This document shows, piece by piece, positions 1-8,036 of a stretch of DNA of 20,000 bases (positions are counted from its first letter, which is position 1; every line of letters begins with the position of its first letter). The translations under genes and the position numbers were made by a program. Source of the DNA: an uncultured virus (IMG/VR IMGVR_UViG_2558309035_000001) (lineage: Duplodnaviria; Heunggongvirae; Uroviricota; Caudoviricetes). The notes under the pieces were generated by a model. The model worked only from the letters and a program-made list of their open reading frames with translations. It was not told the DNA's origin and made no database searches. The stretch lies in IMG/VR virus record IMGVR_UViG_2558309035_000001. One strand, 5' to 3'.

Positions 1-1064
1 TTGAATTTTTTGGTAATGAACCTACCTTTGTACAATTGGTATAACAGACCATCTTGTCTGTTAATGAATTTACCGGGAGTAGTAGCATCTTCAGGAGTAG
101 CAACGTGAATACCTTTTACAGTAGAGATACGATCTTCAACACGCGCTTTTTTATCCAATTCAGATACCAAGAACATTACAAAAGACTCTTTGTAAGGCTG
201 AGAACCTTCTTTATTCCATTTGTTCAACCAGCTAGCTTCCATTTTCTGTAAGTAGTAACCAATGAACTCAATGTCTATTTGTACAGGGAATATTTGACCT
301 TCCTCTGCCTGGATCATTTGTTTGTTCTTCGGTAACCAAGGCAGTTTTCTAGCTTGGGTAATAGGTGCCGAAACTATGTTACCGTCACTTACCTTATCAT
401 CTACGTTAAAACGTTTGGGCCAAAACGATGGTAAACCAAAATTATCTCTATGTAGTGATTTAATAGTTTCAGGATTCTCTCTAAAATAATGATCCAAATC
501 ATCGTTCAATTTCTCAACGATCACTTTATCACTGAACTCCGTTGCATCGGTTACGATACCTGCAGCTCTTTGGTTCCATGGTCTACCCGCAAAAGCGTTG
601 TAAGCTTTGTTGTCTCCCCATAAATGGGTAGCACTGTGCATTGCTTTTTTACCTGGTGATGGAACTATAGCTAAGGGAGCATCAGGTTCAGATTCGTTTA
701 TCAACTTATCTATCTGTTGCTTCATTAACTTGTTACTGGCATTAAGCGCAGCAATTTGTCCGGGTACATCGCCTTCGGCGATTTTAGCATCCACTTCCTC
801 TTCAGTATGTCCGGCTTCTTGCAATGCCGTTTTCAATTCACTGTTTAAACGAGCCTCACGCTGGGCATCGGTTTCCATCTTTGCGAGATCACGATTAAAA
901 GCGTTTATCGCTTCATCTACATCACTCTCAGCCTCTAGCCGTTTCGCTAATTGCTGTTTTTGGTCATCTGTAAAATTGACCTTTCCCTCCAATACCGGAA
1001 TTTCTCCGATACCGAGGATCCCACAAACAATTGTGGCTAAATTTGCTGCTAATGTCCATTTCAT
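1..1064 (-). CDS. Probable major capsid protein with N-terminal scaffold-like region (3'-truncated by window edge; absent from ORF track)
   Basis: Manual translation from ATG at 1064 stays open to the edge: MKWTLAANLATIVCGILG...QREARLNSELKTALQEAG...IFPVQIDIEFIGYYLQKMEASWLNKWNKEGSQPYKESFV... Directly follows the S49 protease; charged helical N-terminal third. Capsid call rests mainly on position. Confidence 0.7.
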   Translation of the reverse strand, partial: MKWTLAANLATIVCGILGIGEIPVLEGKVNFTDDQKQQLAKRLEAESDVDEAINAFNRDLAKMETDAQREARLNSELKTALQEAGHTEEEVDAKIAEGDVPGQIAALNASNKLMKQQIDKLINESEPDAPLAIVPSPGKKAMHSATHLWGDNKAYNAFAGRPWNQRAAGIVTDATEFSDKVIVEKLNDDLDHYFRENPETIKSLHRDNFGLPSFWPKRFNVDDKVSDGNIVSAPITQARKLPWLPKNKQMIQAEEGQIFPVQIDIEFIGYYLQKMEASWLNKWNKEGSQPYKESFVMFLVSELDKKARVEDRISTVKGIHVATPEDATTPGKFINRQDGLLYQLYKGRFITKKF

Positions 1065-1084
1065 GGCTTTCTATAATTAAGGGT

Positions 1085-1966
1085 TTAAATAATTCTCTTT
1101 AATTCTGTTCGTAATTGTATTTTATCGATCATACCGATCGCTTCTTTTATACTACCAATGCCGTCTATCATTCCCAAGCCTAAAGAGGTATCGGCATCAT
1201 AAGTTTTACCATTGAGCACCCCCGGTTCTTCTTTAAGGTTAGGTCTACCGGCACGCACACCAGCTTGAAATTTTTGAGCAAGTGGAGATAGCTGCTCTGT
1301 CTTTATCATATCATATTTACCCTCTAGCGCCAAACGAAAAGCTTCGTTTTTGTTCGCACTTTCATCTGGATAAATTTCATGGAACACGATCCCCTGTTCT
1401 TTATAGTAAGGCTTCACATCTTGAAACGATGCTACTACGCCAACGCTACCAAAACGGGCGCTTACATCATTATCTGCCATTAAGTAATCGCAGACCGCAC
1501 ACGCCGTCCAATAGTGTAAGCTCATACAGGCATCTGCCAAACCGATAACGGGCTTGGTCTTCGTTTTCGCAAATTGCAAAAACGGACCTATAGCACTCAC
1601 CGCGCCCCCTGGTCCATCGATATTTAAAATACTTCCTTTAATATTGGGGTTGTTCTCTGCCATTTGCAGCGCCCCAACAATTTCATCTGCACCATAAGTA
1701 CACCAATCGCCATATTTAATGACCGCCCCCATCATATCTACCACGGCAACGGAACCTTCTGGGATATCCATATCTCCGTCATCATTGGCACGCACACGGT
1801 TACCGTTTGGGTCCATGATCTTTACCAGGGCAGTAGTACTGTTTTCAAATTCCACATTCTGCCCGCTGACGATTTTATGCACCGTTTCACCAAACCCCAA
1901 TAGGTAGCTTGGTTCCAATAACCAAACCCCTCTAATAACTTCCGATAATAGACGATTTACTTTCAC
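1085..1966 (-). CDS. S49 (SppA/ClpP-like) family peptidase, putative prohead maturation protease
   Basis: Motifs ILNIDGPGG, ACMSLHYW (catalytic Ser region), GSVGV and GMIDGIGS; GTG start; upstream of capsid-like gene. Confidence 0.9.
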   Translation of the reverse strand: MKVNRLLSEVIRGVWLLEPSYLLGFGETVHKIVSGQNVEFENSTTALVKIMDPNGNRVRANDDGDMDIPEGSVAVVDMMGAVIKYGDWCTYGADEIVGALQMAENNPNIKGSILNIDGPGGAVSAIGPFLQFAKTKTKPVIGLADACMSLHYWTACAVCDYLMADNDVSARFGSVGVVASFQDVKPYYKEQGIVFHEIYPDESANKNEAFRLALEGKYDMIKTEQLSPLAQKFQAGVRAGRPNLKEEPGVLNGKTYDADTSLGLGMIDGIGSIKEAIGMIDKIQLRTELKRII

Positions 1967-2015
1967 AACGTAAAAATGGGAAGAACTGAGCGTTAAGCGT
2001 GTAACACCAAAATCA

Positions 2016-2043
2016 CGTCATTGCGAGCGAAGCGCGGCAATCT
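2016..2043. repeat. REP-like palindromic element CGTCATTGCGAGCGAAGCGCGGCAATCT
   Basis: Resembles the widespread GTCATTGCGAG..GAAGC..GGCAATC intergenic palindrome family; ATTGC/GCAAT arms; flanked by a 9-bp inverted repeat at 1994-2002 and 2055-2063. Confidence 0.7.
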
Positions 2044-2060
2044 GTTTGTTAGGGACACGC

Positions 2061-2630
2061 TTAGTAATTGGTAACCCTATTACTCTTCTTATGCTGAAAC
2101 CTGGTCAGTTTATTTTCCTTACTGGTTTCACGGTAATAGAGAATACGCAACGCCTCGGTATCGAAACCAAGTTCTAGCAGGTCGTACTCATCCATAAAAT
2201 CGTTGATGACCTCTTTTACGCCAATATTGGTAAACTGCTTGCTACCGTTAACATAGAAGATGAATGCAGTACGGAAAATGTCTTCAAAGAAACTATTGAT
2301 ATAGGTGTTGTCAGATTCTGTAAACCTCAAAATTTCATGCACATCTTTACGACTTTTAAAAAGTGAGCTCTCGAACTTTTTACCGCCCTGCACCATGCGA
2401 ATACTGAACTGTATTCTATAATCGTACAAATGAGTACTGTCTTCGTACTTAGCATGAATAAGGTTGATAATACGGCAAATGCTACTGGTACGGTTCAACT
2501 TTATGGCCTTGGTCTGCAGACGTGGCATCATCACCACCTCCTCGGCTTTAAATTCATTGAAAAGAAATGGTACCAGGTGATCTCGCAACCTGAAGGGAAC
2601 TAACTGTATTTCTTTTCCTTTATACGTCAA
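2061..2630 (-). CDS. Hypothetical phage protein (189 aa), possibly nucleic-acid binding
   Basis: Long ORF with TTG start 3 nt after the spanin stop; basic C-terminus (EALRILYYR...KKSNR). Confidence 0.7.
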   Translation of the reverse strand: MTYKGKEIQLVPFRLRDHLVPFLFNEFKAEEVVMMPRLQTKAIKLNRTSSICRIINLIHAKYEDSTHLYDYRIQFSIRMVQGGKKFESSLFKSRKDVHEILRFTESDNTYINSFFEDIFRTAFIFYVNGSKQFTNIGVKEVINDFMDEYDLLELGFDTEALRILYYRETSKENKLTRFQHKKSNRVTNY

Positions 2631-2633
2631 ACG

Positions 2634-3095
2634 CTATTTTTTAGAACGGTTAATTAATAAGTACAAGCTAAAACATACCACTACCACCAAACCGCCCCAC
2701 AAATACGGATTCGGTTTTTTCGTCTCCACTTCAACAGCTTTCTTTTTGGATTTTAATTTGCTTTCAATCTTTTCTGCTTTAGCAGAAACAGACCGGTCAG
2801 TGCCCGTAGCCGAACTGTCTTTTTTTGAACTGTCAAATATTATTTTACTGTTGGTGAACTTGGTCGTGTTACCGGCACTGTCCGTAAAGGTGCTTTCCTT
2901 TGTTGGATCCACCGGTTCTAGCGTGGTCATGTTATACGCCTTGGTGTACCGTACATTCGAGGTAATGTCATTTTTAGTTTCAACACGAGTTTCTTTTTTT
3001 TCCTCCAGTTCAAGTTTTTCTAAATCCATCGCACGTTTACGGGTACCACAGCTCGTGCAGATGATAAAAACTAAAAACAGGATCCCGATTCTCAT
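2634..3095 (-). CDS. Putative unimolecular spanin (N-terminal lipoprotein, C-terminal TM helix)
   Basis: Lipoprotein signal MRIGILFLVFIICTS-C; C-terminal TM YLWGGLVVVVCFSLYLLI followed by NRSKK; close downstream of endolysin. Confidence 0.75.
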   Translation of the reverse strand: MRIGILFLVFIICTSCGTRKRAMDLEKLELEEKKETRVETKNDITSNVRYTKAYNMTTLEPVDPTKESTFTDSAGNTTKFTNSKIIFDSSKKDSSATGTDRSVSAKAEKIESKLKSKKKAVEVETKKPNPYLWGGLVVVVCFSLYLLINRSKK

Positions 3096-3235
3096 ACAAT
3101 GTCTATTAATATATACGTTGGAAACGCTTTATAAAAAGCAGATTCAACCTCTTTTATATTCGCACCTCTCATGTTCATTAAGCCTGGTCTGTAATCATCT
3201 TCTGATACCTTATATGTAATACAGTAATTATACAT
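3092..3235 (-). CDS. Small hypothetical protein (47 aa), not in ORF track
   Basis: MYNYCITYKVSEDDYRPGLMNMRGANIKEVESAFYKAFPTYILIDIV; stop overlaps the spanin start (ATGA); starts 1 nt after the upstream stop. Confidence 0.6.
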   Translation of the reverse strand: MYNYCITYKVSEDDYRPGLMNMRGANIKEVESAFYKAFPTYILIDIV

Positions 3236-3236
3236 T

Positions 3237-3359
3237 TTAACATGGTATATTCCTTAACAAATGTTCCTCACAGATAAAATCACCTGGTCGTATTTCGTAA
3301 GCTCCTTTAGTACCACAGATACCGCAATATTTTTGATGATAGAATAGAATGTCGTTCAT
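3237..3359 (-). CDS. Small putative zinc-binding protein (40 aa), not in ORF track
   Basis: MNDILFYHQKYCGICGTKGAYEIRPGDFICEEHLLRNIPC; CxxC...CxxH; start overlaps the endolysin stop (TAATG). Confidence 0.6.
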   Translation of the reverse strand: MNDILFYHQKYCGICGTKGAYEIRPGDFICEEHLLRNIPC

Positions 3360-3796
3360 TAAGCTTCTCTTTTTATGTGTGTTTGCCTTACCCATTTACT
3401 GTTGTAGACATAAGCATCATTCTGAGCGTTTTTATAATCTCCATGGATAAAACCATTATAGATTGCTAAACGTGTGTACCTAGTAACAGCAATTAAGGCT
3501 TCAAGTAATATTCCTTGATTTTCTTTAAAGTTATCGCAAGTAATATCACAAGCACCCAAAAAATTATAGGTATGTTCTGAATAACCGCTACGACCTTTTG
3601 ATTTTTCCCACTCAACACTTCTGTAGCTACTTTTAAGTGATACATAAATTTTAATATCACATTTGTACTTTTCTTTTATCCATTGCTCCACAAGTTTTAG
3701 TGGTGCCATATGAGCAACATAAGCAACGGTCTCCACTTTAGAAGGAAGACCATCGCCTTTAATGTCATAGCTGTTTATATTATGTATGCTGTTCAT
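3359..3796 (-). CDS. Peptidase M15A-like Zn peptidase, putative endolysin
   Basis: Motifs SSYRS, SEH(x6)D (SEHTYNFLGACD) and FIHGD; next to spanin. Confidence 0.8.
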   Translation of the reverse strand: MNSIHNINSYDIKGDGLPSKVETVAYVAHMAPLKLVEQWIKEKYKCDIKIYVSLKSSYRSVEWEKSKGRSGYSEHTYNFLGACDITCDNFKENQGILLEALIAVTRYTRLAIYNGFIHGDYKNAQNDAYVYNSKWVRQTHIKREA

Positions 3797-3813
3797 TATT
3801 TAGGTAAATTATT

Positions 3814-5529
3814 CTAGTACCCGTAAAATTTAACTTCTGCTACGTCTAAATCCGCAACCTCCCCATACATTCTAATATATCTATAAGGTGTTGTATCTGT
3901 GATTATTAATTTTGTATATTCTCCACTTACTGGATCTGTACCAGTCGATGGCCCTATATCTACAAACCCATCTGTAGTACTTGTATTACTCCCTTGTGGT
4001 GTAAGATTATGTGATCTATCACCAAAGCTAGTCCTGGGATATATATATACTTTTGTAATTACTTTTTCGTTACCAACACCTAAATCAAGCCCTATATATT
4101 TATTAATAGACCCTCCTGAACCTTCTGAACTAAAAAATGTAGATGTATTGTTATCAAAAGCCTTTTCATCAGAATAAACATCATTAGAACCTTCTAGATA
4201 ATATGGAGAACTAAAAGAAGTACCTGTTAATTCAGTACCTAACTGATCTATATTCACCCCTATAGCTTCCGCTACCTCAAGTGCTATAGTGTTTATTCCA
4301 GAAGCATTATAATGTACATTATCCGCTTGAGTAGTGGCTGCATCCGTATCTATTAGAACATTATATGGCTGTGCAGCTACAGTTTCCTGAATCGCTCGTA
4401 TAGTATTTCTTTGTAATTCTGTATATAAAGTCTGGTTATTGCTCATCCTACAAATAAGGAAAGGCATTTGAGGGTAATTGTAATAAGCTCGTTTTGCTGC
4501 AATAAAAGCTTCTAAATTAGCTTGGTAAGTATCTAAATTATCTTGTTGTATATCTTCCTCTCCTTGAATCCAAACATAATAAGCAGGGGCTAATTGACTA
4601 GGCATTAATGCTACCGCTGCATCATGATGACCATTACTATCTAAATATAAATCATCTACAGAATTAATATTCCAATCCGCAGCAGCTACAGTTTCAAGCC
4701 CTGTTGATCCCTCGGATGTTTTTATGAAGTAAAAATCTTCTCCAAATGTATCTACCAATACTTCTGCCAGCCTTAACTCTATACCGAAATTACCAAATGT
4801 ATTAGTACCGTTCCATCCTTTACTATTCGTATAGCTTAAAGTTTCTAGTGTCATAGATTCATAACTACCGTCTTTACCACCTATAGCCATATAAGCCCCA
4901 GTTATAGGTATAGAAAGTTCTCCAGGCAATCCAGAACTAGGAGCAAATCCGAATGCATTACTTTGACCGCCTATTTCTATTAGATTAGGGTTGTAAGCCA
5001 ATTCAACTACTACGTCTGGCTCATCAACTCCAGCACTTGTTACCCAATTAGTTCCATTATACCATATCGGATAACCTAATGTTGAATCAAAAAAACTTTC
5101 CCCCGTAGAAGCATTTTCTGGTCTTTCTGTACTTGCACCAGAACCAGGGGAAGACACCACATCCCCATCACTCTCACCCAAACTATCTTCTGCCCATTGC
5201 TCCAACTCGTTGTAATTGGAGAAGGTACTGCCGTAGGTGTTGAACAAGGGGTCTTTTGGGGAGAGCTTTATTTTACCCAGCTTAAAACCTTCTTTACTGA
5301 CCATGTACTCTTGCGTAGGTACCACAACAAAGGCAACACGGTTACCGCTTAGACGTTCCCAGGTCATATCTTGTGCCGGGTTTTGTTGGTCGGGACCGAA
5401 ATAGGTACGTATTCTAAAATTCTTGGCATCGCCAATGACTCCGATTTCTATAACGGCATCTTTACTCAGCTCTTGTGCGGTCGCCAAACAACCGAACATT
5501 AATACCAGGGCAACTACTATCTTTTTCAT
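3814..5529 (-). CDS. Signal-peptide protein: fibre-type linker + SGNH/CE6 (SASA) sialate O-acetylesterase-like domain + C-terminal F5/8-type (discoidin-like) domain
   Basis: Signal MKKIVVALVLMFGCLATA-Q; RP...G..FFDSTLGYPIWYNGTNW linker; GQSNA, WIQGE and DNVH motifs; KAFDNNTSTF, IGLDLG, YRYIR and VAEVKFYG. Confidence 0.85.
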   Translation of the reverse strand: MKKIVVALVLMFGCLATAQELSKDAVIEIGVIGDAKNFRIRTYFGPDQQNPAQDMTWERLSGNRVAFVVVPTQEYMVSKEGFKLGKIKLSPKDPLFNTYGSTFSNYNELEQWAEDSLGESDGDVVSSPGSGASTERPENASTGESFFDSTLGYPIWYNGTNWVTSAGVDEPDVVVELAYNPNLIEIGGQSNAFGFAPSSGLPGELSIPITGAYMAIGGKDGSYESMTLETLSYTNSKGWNGTNTFGNFGIELRLAEVLVDTFGEDFYFIKTSEGSTGLETVAAADWNINSVDDLYLDSNGHHDAAVALMPSQLAPAYYVWIQGEEDIQQDNLDTYQANLEAFIAAKRAYYNYPQMPFLICRMSNNQTLYTELQRNTIRAIQETVAAQPYNVLIDTDAATTQADNVHYNASGINTIALEVAEAIGVNIDQLGTELTGTSFSSPYYLEGSNDVYSDEKAFDNNTSTFFSSEGSGGSINKYIGLDLGVGNEKVITKVYIYPRTSFGDRSHNLTPQGSNTSTTDGFVDIGPSTGTDPVSGEYTKLIITDTTPYRYIRMYGEVADLDVAEVKFYGY

Positions 5530-5546
5530 TTTAATCTACTTTTGTT

Positions 5547-5575
5547 ACTGGGCAGGGAGTCGAACCCCACCCAGT
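5547..5575 (-). other. tRNA T-loop-like minihelix hairpin (not a full tRNA)
   Basis: Minus strand ACTGGGTGGGG-TTCGACT-CCCTGCCCAGT: 11-bp stem with 2 G-U pairs and a 7-nt T-loop, in a 51-nt intergenic gap. Confidence 0.65.
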
Positions 5576-5580
5576 TAGTT

Positions 5581-5907
5581 TTATACTTCACTTGTTACCG
5601 ATCGGTACAGTTGGTTTAAGAATACCGAACCAAGTCCTGTTAAGAACATGACAATAAAATTGCCGTCGCTCGCCAACGTACCTAAGTAGGCAGATGCCGT
5701 GGCTATCAAAGGCACCACAATCAACGTGGTCGTGCCGGTAACGAACGGGGCTATCTTTTTTACGAGCCACGTTACGCCCAATGTAATAAGTGGCATAAGC
5801 CATGTTAATACCGATGTGGCATTATCGAATTCAATGCTTTCTTCTTGCGCCAATAACGCCATAGGTGCCAATAGCACCACTACTAATAATTTTAAACTGT
5901 TTTTCAT
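5581..5907 (-). CDS. Small membrane protein, holin candidate (signal-like N-terminus plus about 3 TM)
   Basis: Hydrophobic segments VLTWLMPLITLGVTWLV, TTLIVVPLIATASAYL and FIVMFLTGLGSVFL; lysis-region context. Confidence 0.6.
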   Translation of the reverse strand: MKNSLKLLVVVLLAPMALLAQEESIEFDNATSVLTWLMPLITLGVTWLVKKIAPFVTGTTTLIVVPLIATASAYLGTLASDGNFIVMFLTGLGSVFLNQLYRSVTSEV

Positions 5908-5918
5908 GATACTTCTAT

Positions 5919-6608
5919 TTAATTAATAATTATCGTGTCTTGCACCGCATTTGCACTATCGGTTACAATCTCTATGACTTCCATTTTCCCTTGAGCATCA
6001 ATAACCTTTACCAACAACTCTAAAGGAGCACTAAAACCGAACATTCTGTTCTTATAATATTTGCTACGCCATTTATGGCTATACAATAGCGTTTTACTGC
6101 TGTCTGGCCACATCCACGGTTCTACGTCATCTTCAGGTTCTCCGCTGCTTAATACCTTACGGTCCATCGCCTCAAAAACCACAGCCACTTCATAGGGCAC
6201 TAGATCAAAATTGGTTTTACCTAAACTCTTCACTCTGTCGAGTCCGAATACTTCCTCGTACTTTTCGTTCATGCCCGTAATGCGAATACTATCGCCACGT
6301 TGAGTTTTCTCGTACCAGGCAATATCGAGCTCATCCATCTCAATGTTTCTACCGATATTGGCGGTGACCAAAAAAGCATTGGTAACCGCTAGTTGTTCGC
6401 TCTTGGTACGCCACTTATCGCGCTTACCGGTCATTACCCACAACTGTACGGTAGTCGTAGCCAATGGCACCAGAACCAACCAACCTTTATTCTTTTTTAT
6501 GAACGTATGTAGCCTGGTCTTTATAAACCGGCGCTCTTTTGATCGCAACCACCACCTGTATTTGATCCACAGTCTAAGCAGTAGTTTTTTGGGGGAATTC
6601 TCAGGCAT
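5919..6608 (-). CDS. Membrane-anchored standalone PAS-domain protein
   Basis: Basic N-terminus, hydrophobic WLVLVPLATTTVQLWV, then PAS_4-like MNEKYEEVFGLDRVKSLGKTNFDLVPYEVAVVFEAMDRKVLSSGEP. Start moved to ATG 6608 (MPENSP) because a small ORF occupies 6616-6693. Confidence 0.75.
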   Translation of the reverse strand: MPENSPKKLLLRLWIKYRWWLRSKERRFIKTRLHTFIKKNKGWLVLVPLATTTVQLWVMTGKRDKWRTKSEQLAVTNAFLVTANIGRNIEMDELDIAWYEKTQRGDSIRITGMNEKYEEVFGLDRVKSLGKTNFDLVPYEVAVVFEAMDRKVLSSGEPEDDVEPWMWPDSSKTLLYSHKWRSKYYKNRMFGFSAPLELLVKVIDAQGKMEVIEIVTDSANAVQDTIIIN

Positions 6609-6615
6609 GCGCTTA

Positions 6616-6693
6616 TTATGCTTTATCGGCATGATCAGAGAGCAATATTACTATTGCCACCAACACACTAACTATTGTTGTAACCAATATCAT
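6616..6693 (-). CDS. Single-TM micropeptide (25 aa), not in ORF track
   Basis: MILVTTIVSVLVAIVILLSDHADKA; starts 1 nt after the upstream stop and fills the gap. Confidence 0.5.
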   Translation of the reverse strand: MILVTTIVSVLVAIVILLSDHADKA

Positions 6694-6694
6694 C

Positions 6695-7051
6695 TTAATT
6701 CAATTTTTGCAATAACCGTATCAATTTCGCTACAATAAAACCACCACCGAGTCCGCTAATAGCAGCCAAAAAATGATCAATAGGTGTTTGAATATCAACA
6801 GGAATACTAACGAAGTAATCAGCAAAAGGTAGTCCAACCTCTACTATAAATGATAGTACTAGATAACCGCTTAAAATCTGATATAAATAGTTTTTCCAAG
6901 TACCTTTAAAGTAATTATCTACACCGTATAAATTCTTTTGAGTTATACCCGTACCTATAGCCATTATAGTTACAAGTATACCACCAGTACATACCCATAT
7001 CATAGACCAGTCTAATTCCTGATACCAAAACTTTTCGACAATTTCTCCCAT
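6695..7051 (-). CDS. Membrane protein with about 3 TM, holin candidate
   Basis: Three hydrophobic segments and a basic C-terminus (AKLIRLLQKLN). Confidence 0.6.
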   Translation of the reverse strand: MGEIVEKFWYQELDWSMIWVCTGGILVTIMAIGTGITQKNLYGVDNYFKGTWKNYLYQILSGYLVLSFIVEVGLPFADYFVSIPVDIQTPIDHFLAAISGLGGGFIVAKLIRLLQKLN

Positions 7052-7053
7052 AA

Positions 7054-7140
7054 TTATTTACTATTTCTATATTGATACCATAACTTACCCAACACTATAA
7101 AAGCTATATACACTATTACGAATGTTAGATAATTGGTCAT
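7054..7140 (-). CDS. Single-TM micropeptide (28 aa), not in ORF track
   Basis: MTNYLTFVIVYIAFIVLGKLWYQYRNSK; fills the gap with 2-nt spacers on both sides. Confidence 0.55.
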   Translation of the reverse strand: MTNYLTFVIVYIAFIVLGKLWYQYRNSK

Positions 7141-7142
7141 TT

Positions 7143-8036
7143 TTAATTGTTCCTTTTCTTGTTCAGCATCAATTGTTGCTCTATAGGTTTAAATTCTAAA
7201 GGTGCAGGTGTTGGAACGGTAATATCACCGTCAATTGATAGCCCCAAAGGACTCACATCTTCATATTCCCCACCACTACCTTTCCATACTTTAAATGTAT
7301 CATAGTGCGCTTCGCCTGTTGAATTACTAGGGCCGTAGTATAACCCTAACTTTACATATCCCGCAGGGTCTTTTTGGCTTCCGTCATGAGCCTTGTTATA
7401 AGTAGTAGTACCTACATGATTTAAAACTACATCACCATTACACCATATTCTTACAAAACCGTTATCAGGATCTAATTTAAAGTTGATAACAATATCATAC
7501 CACTCACCAAGCTCATAAGGGTATTCATAAACTATACTTCCGCTTATTGCTCCACTAGGAAACGTTGTATTTTTTGCGCTTGCATTTGTATTCCACAAAA
7601 AACCAAATTTGTTTCCAGATAAATTTCTTAATGTATATGGATTAGTACCGCTTGTGTTCGTGTAATTATGAGTGTGTGGTCTGAATTGAGTAAGTATAGC
7701 ATAACCACTAACAGGTTCTACAACTCTAATAGAGTAACCTATCCAATATTCTGTGTACCAATCATAAAAACCATTTGCAGCATTTGGGGCGTCATTATAC
7801 TGTCTTGTAATCTCTGATCTAATACCCCCTAAATCATTTGTCAACCTAACATAACCTATGCCCTGTCTTGCTGTTCCATCTGTAATAATACCACTATCAA
7901 AAGTACCTATATCATTACGCCAATCGGTAGAACCGTTACTACCTAATTCACTAGAGCTATCAAACGGACTATCTAGTATAATAGAGCCTTGTGCAGCTAT
8001 TAAAAAAGGAAATAATAAGAATAATATGTATTTCAT
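7143..8036 (-). CDS. Signal-peptide polysaccharide lyase-like beta-jelly-roll protein (heparin lyase I/Polysacc_lyase-like)
   Basis: Signal MKYILFLLFPFLIAA-Q; motifs RSEI, YWIGYSIRV, ILTQF, GEWYDIVI, GFVRIWCNG and YVKLGLY. Confidence 0.75.
   Translation of the reverse strand: MKYILFLLFPFLIAAQGSIILDSPFDSSSELGSNGSTDWRNDIGTFDSGIITDGTARQGIGYVRLTNDLGGIRSEITRQYNDAPNAANGFYDWYTEYWIGYSIRVVEPVSGYAILTQFRPHTHNYTNTSGTNPYTLRNLSGNKFGFLWNTNASAKNTTFPSGAISGSIVYEYPYELGEWYDIVINFKLDPDNGFVRIWCNGDVVLNHVGTTTYNKAHDGSQKDPAGYVKLGLYYGPSNSTGEAHYDTFKVWKGSGGEYEDVSPLGLSIDGDITVPTPAPLEFKPIEQQLMLNKKRNN

Noticed and set aside
5547..5575. tRNA gene
   Set aside because: Only a T-loop hairpin; no room for D and anticodon arms and no CCA.
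5588..5803. 71-aa ORF nested in the holin-like gene, considered as an embedded Rz1-like gene
   Set aside because: It has no lipoprotein signal, and a u-spanin candidate already exists.
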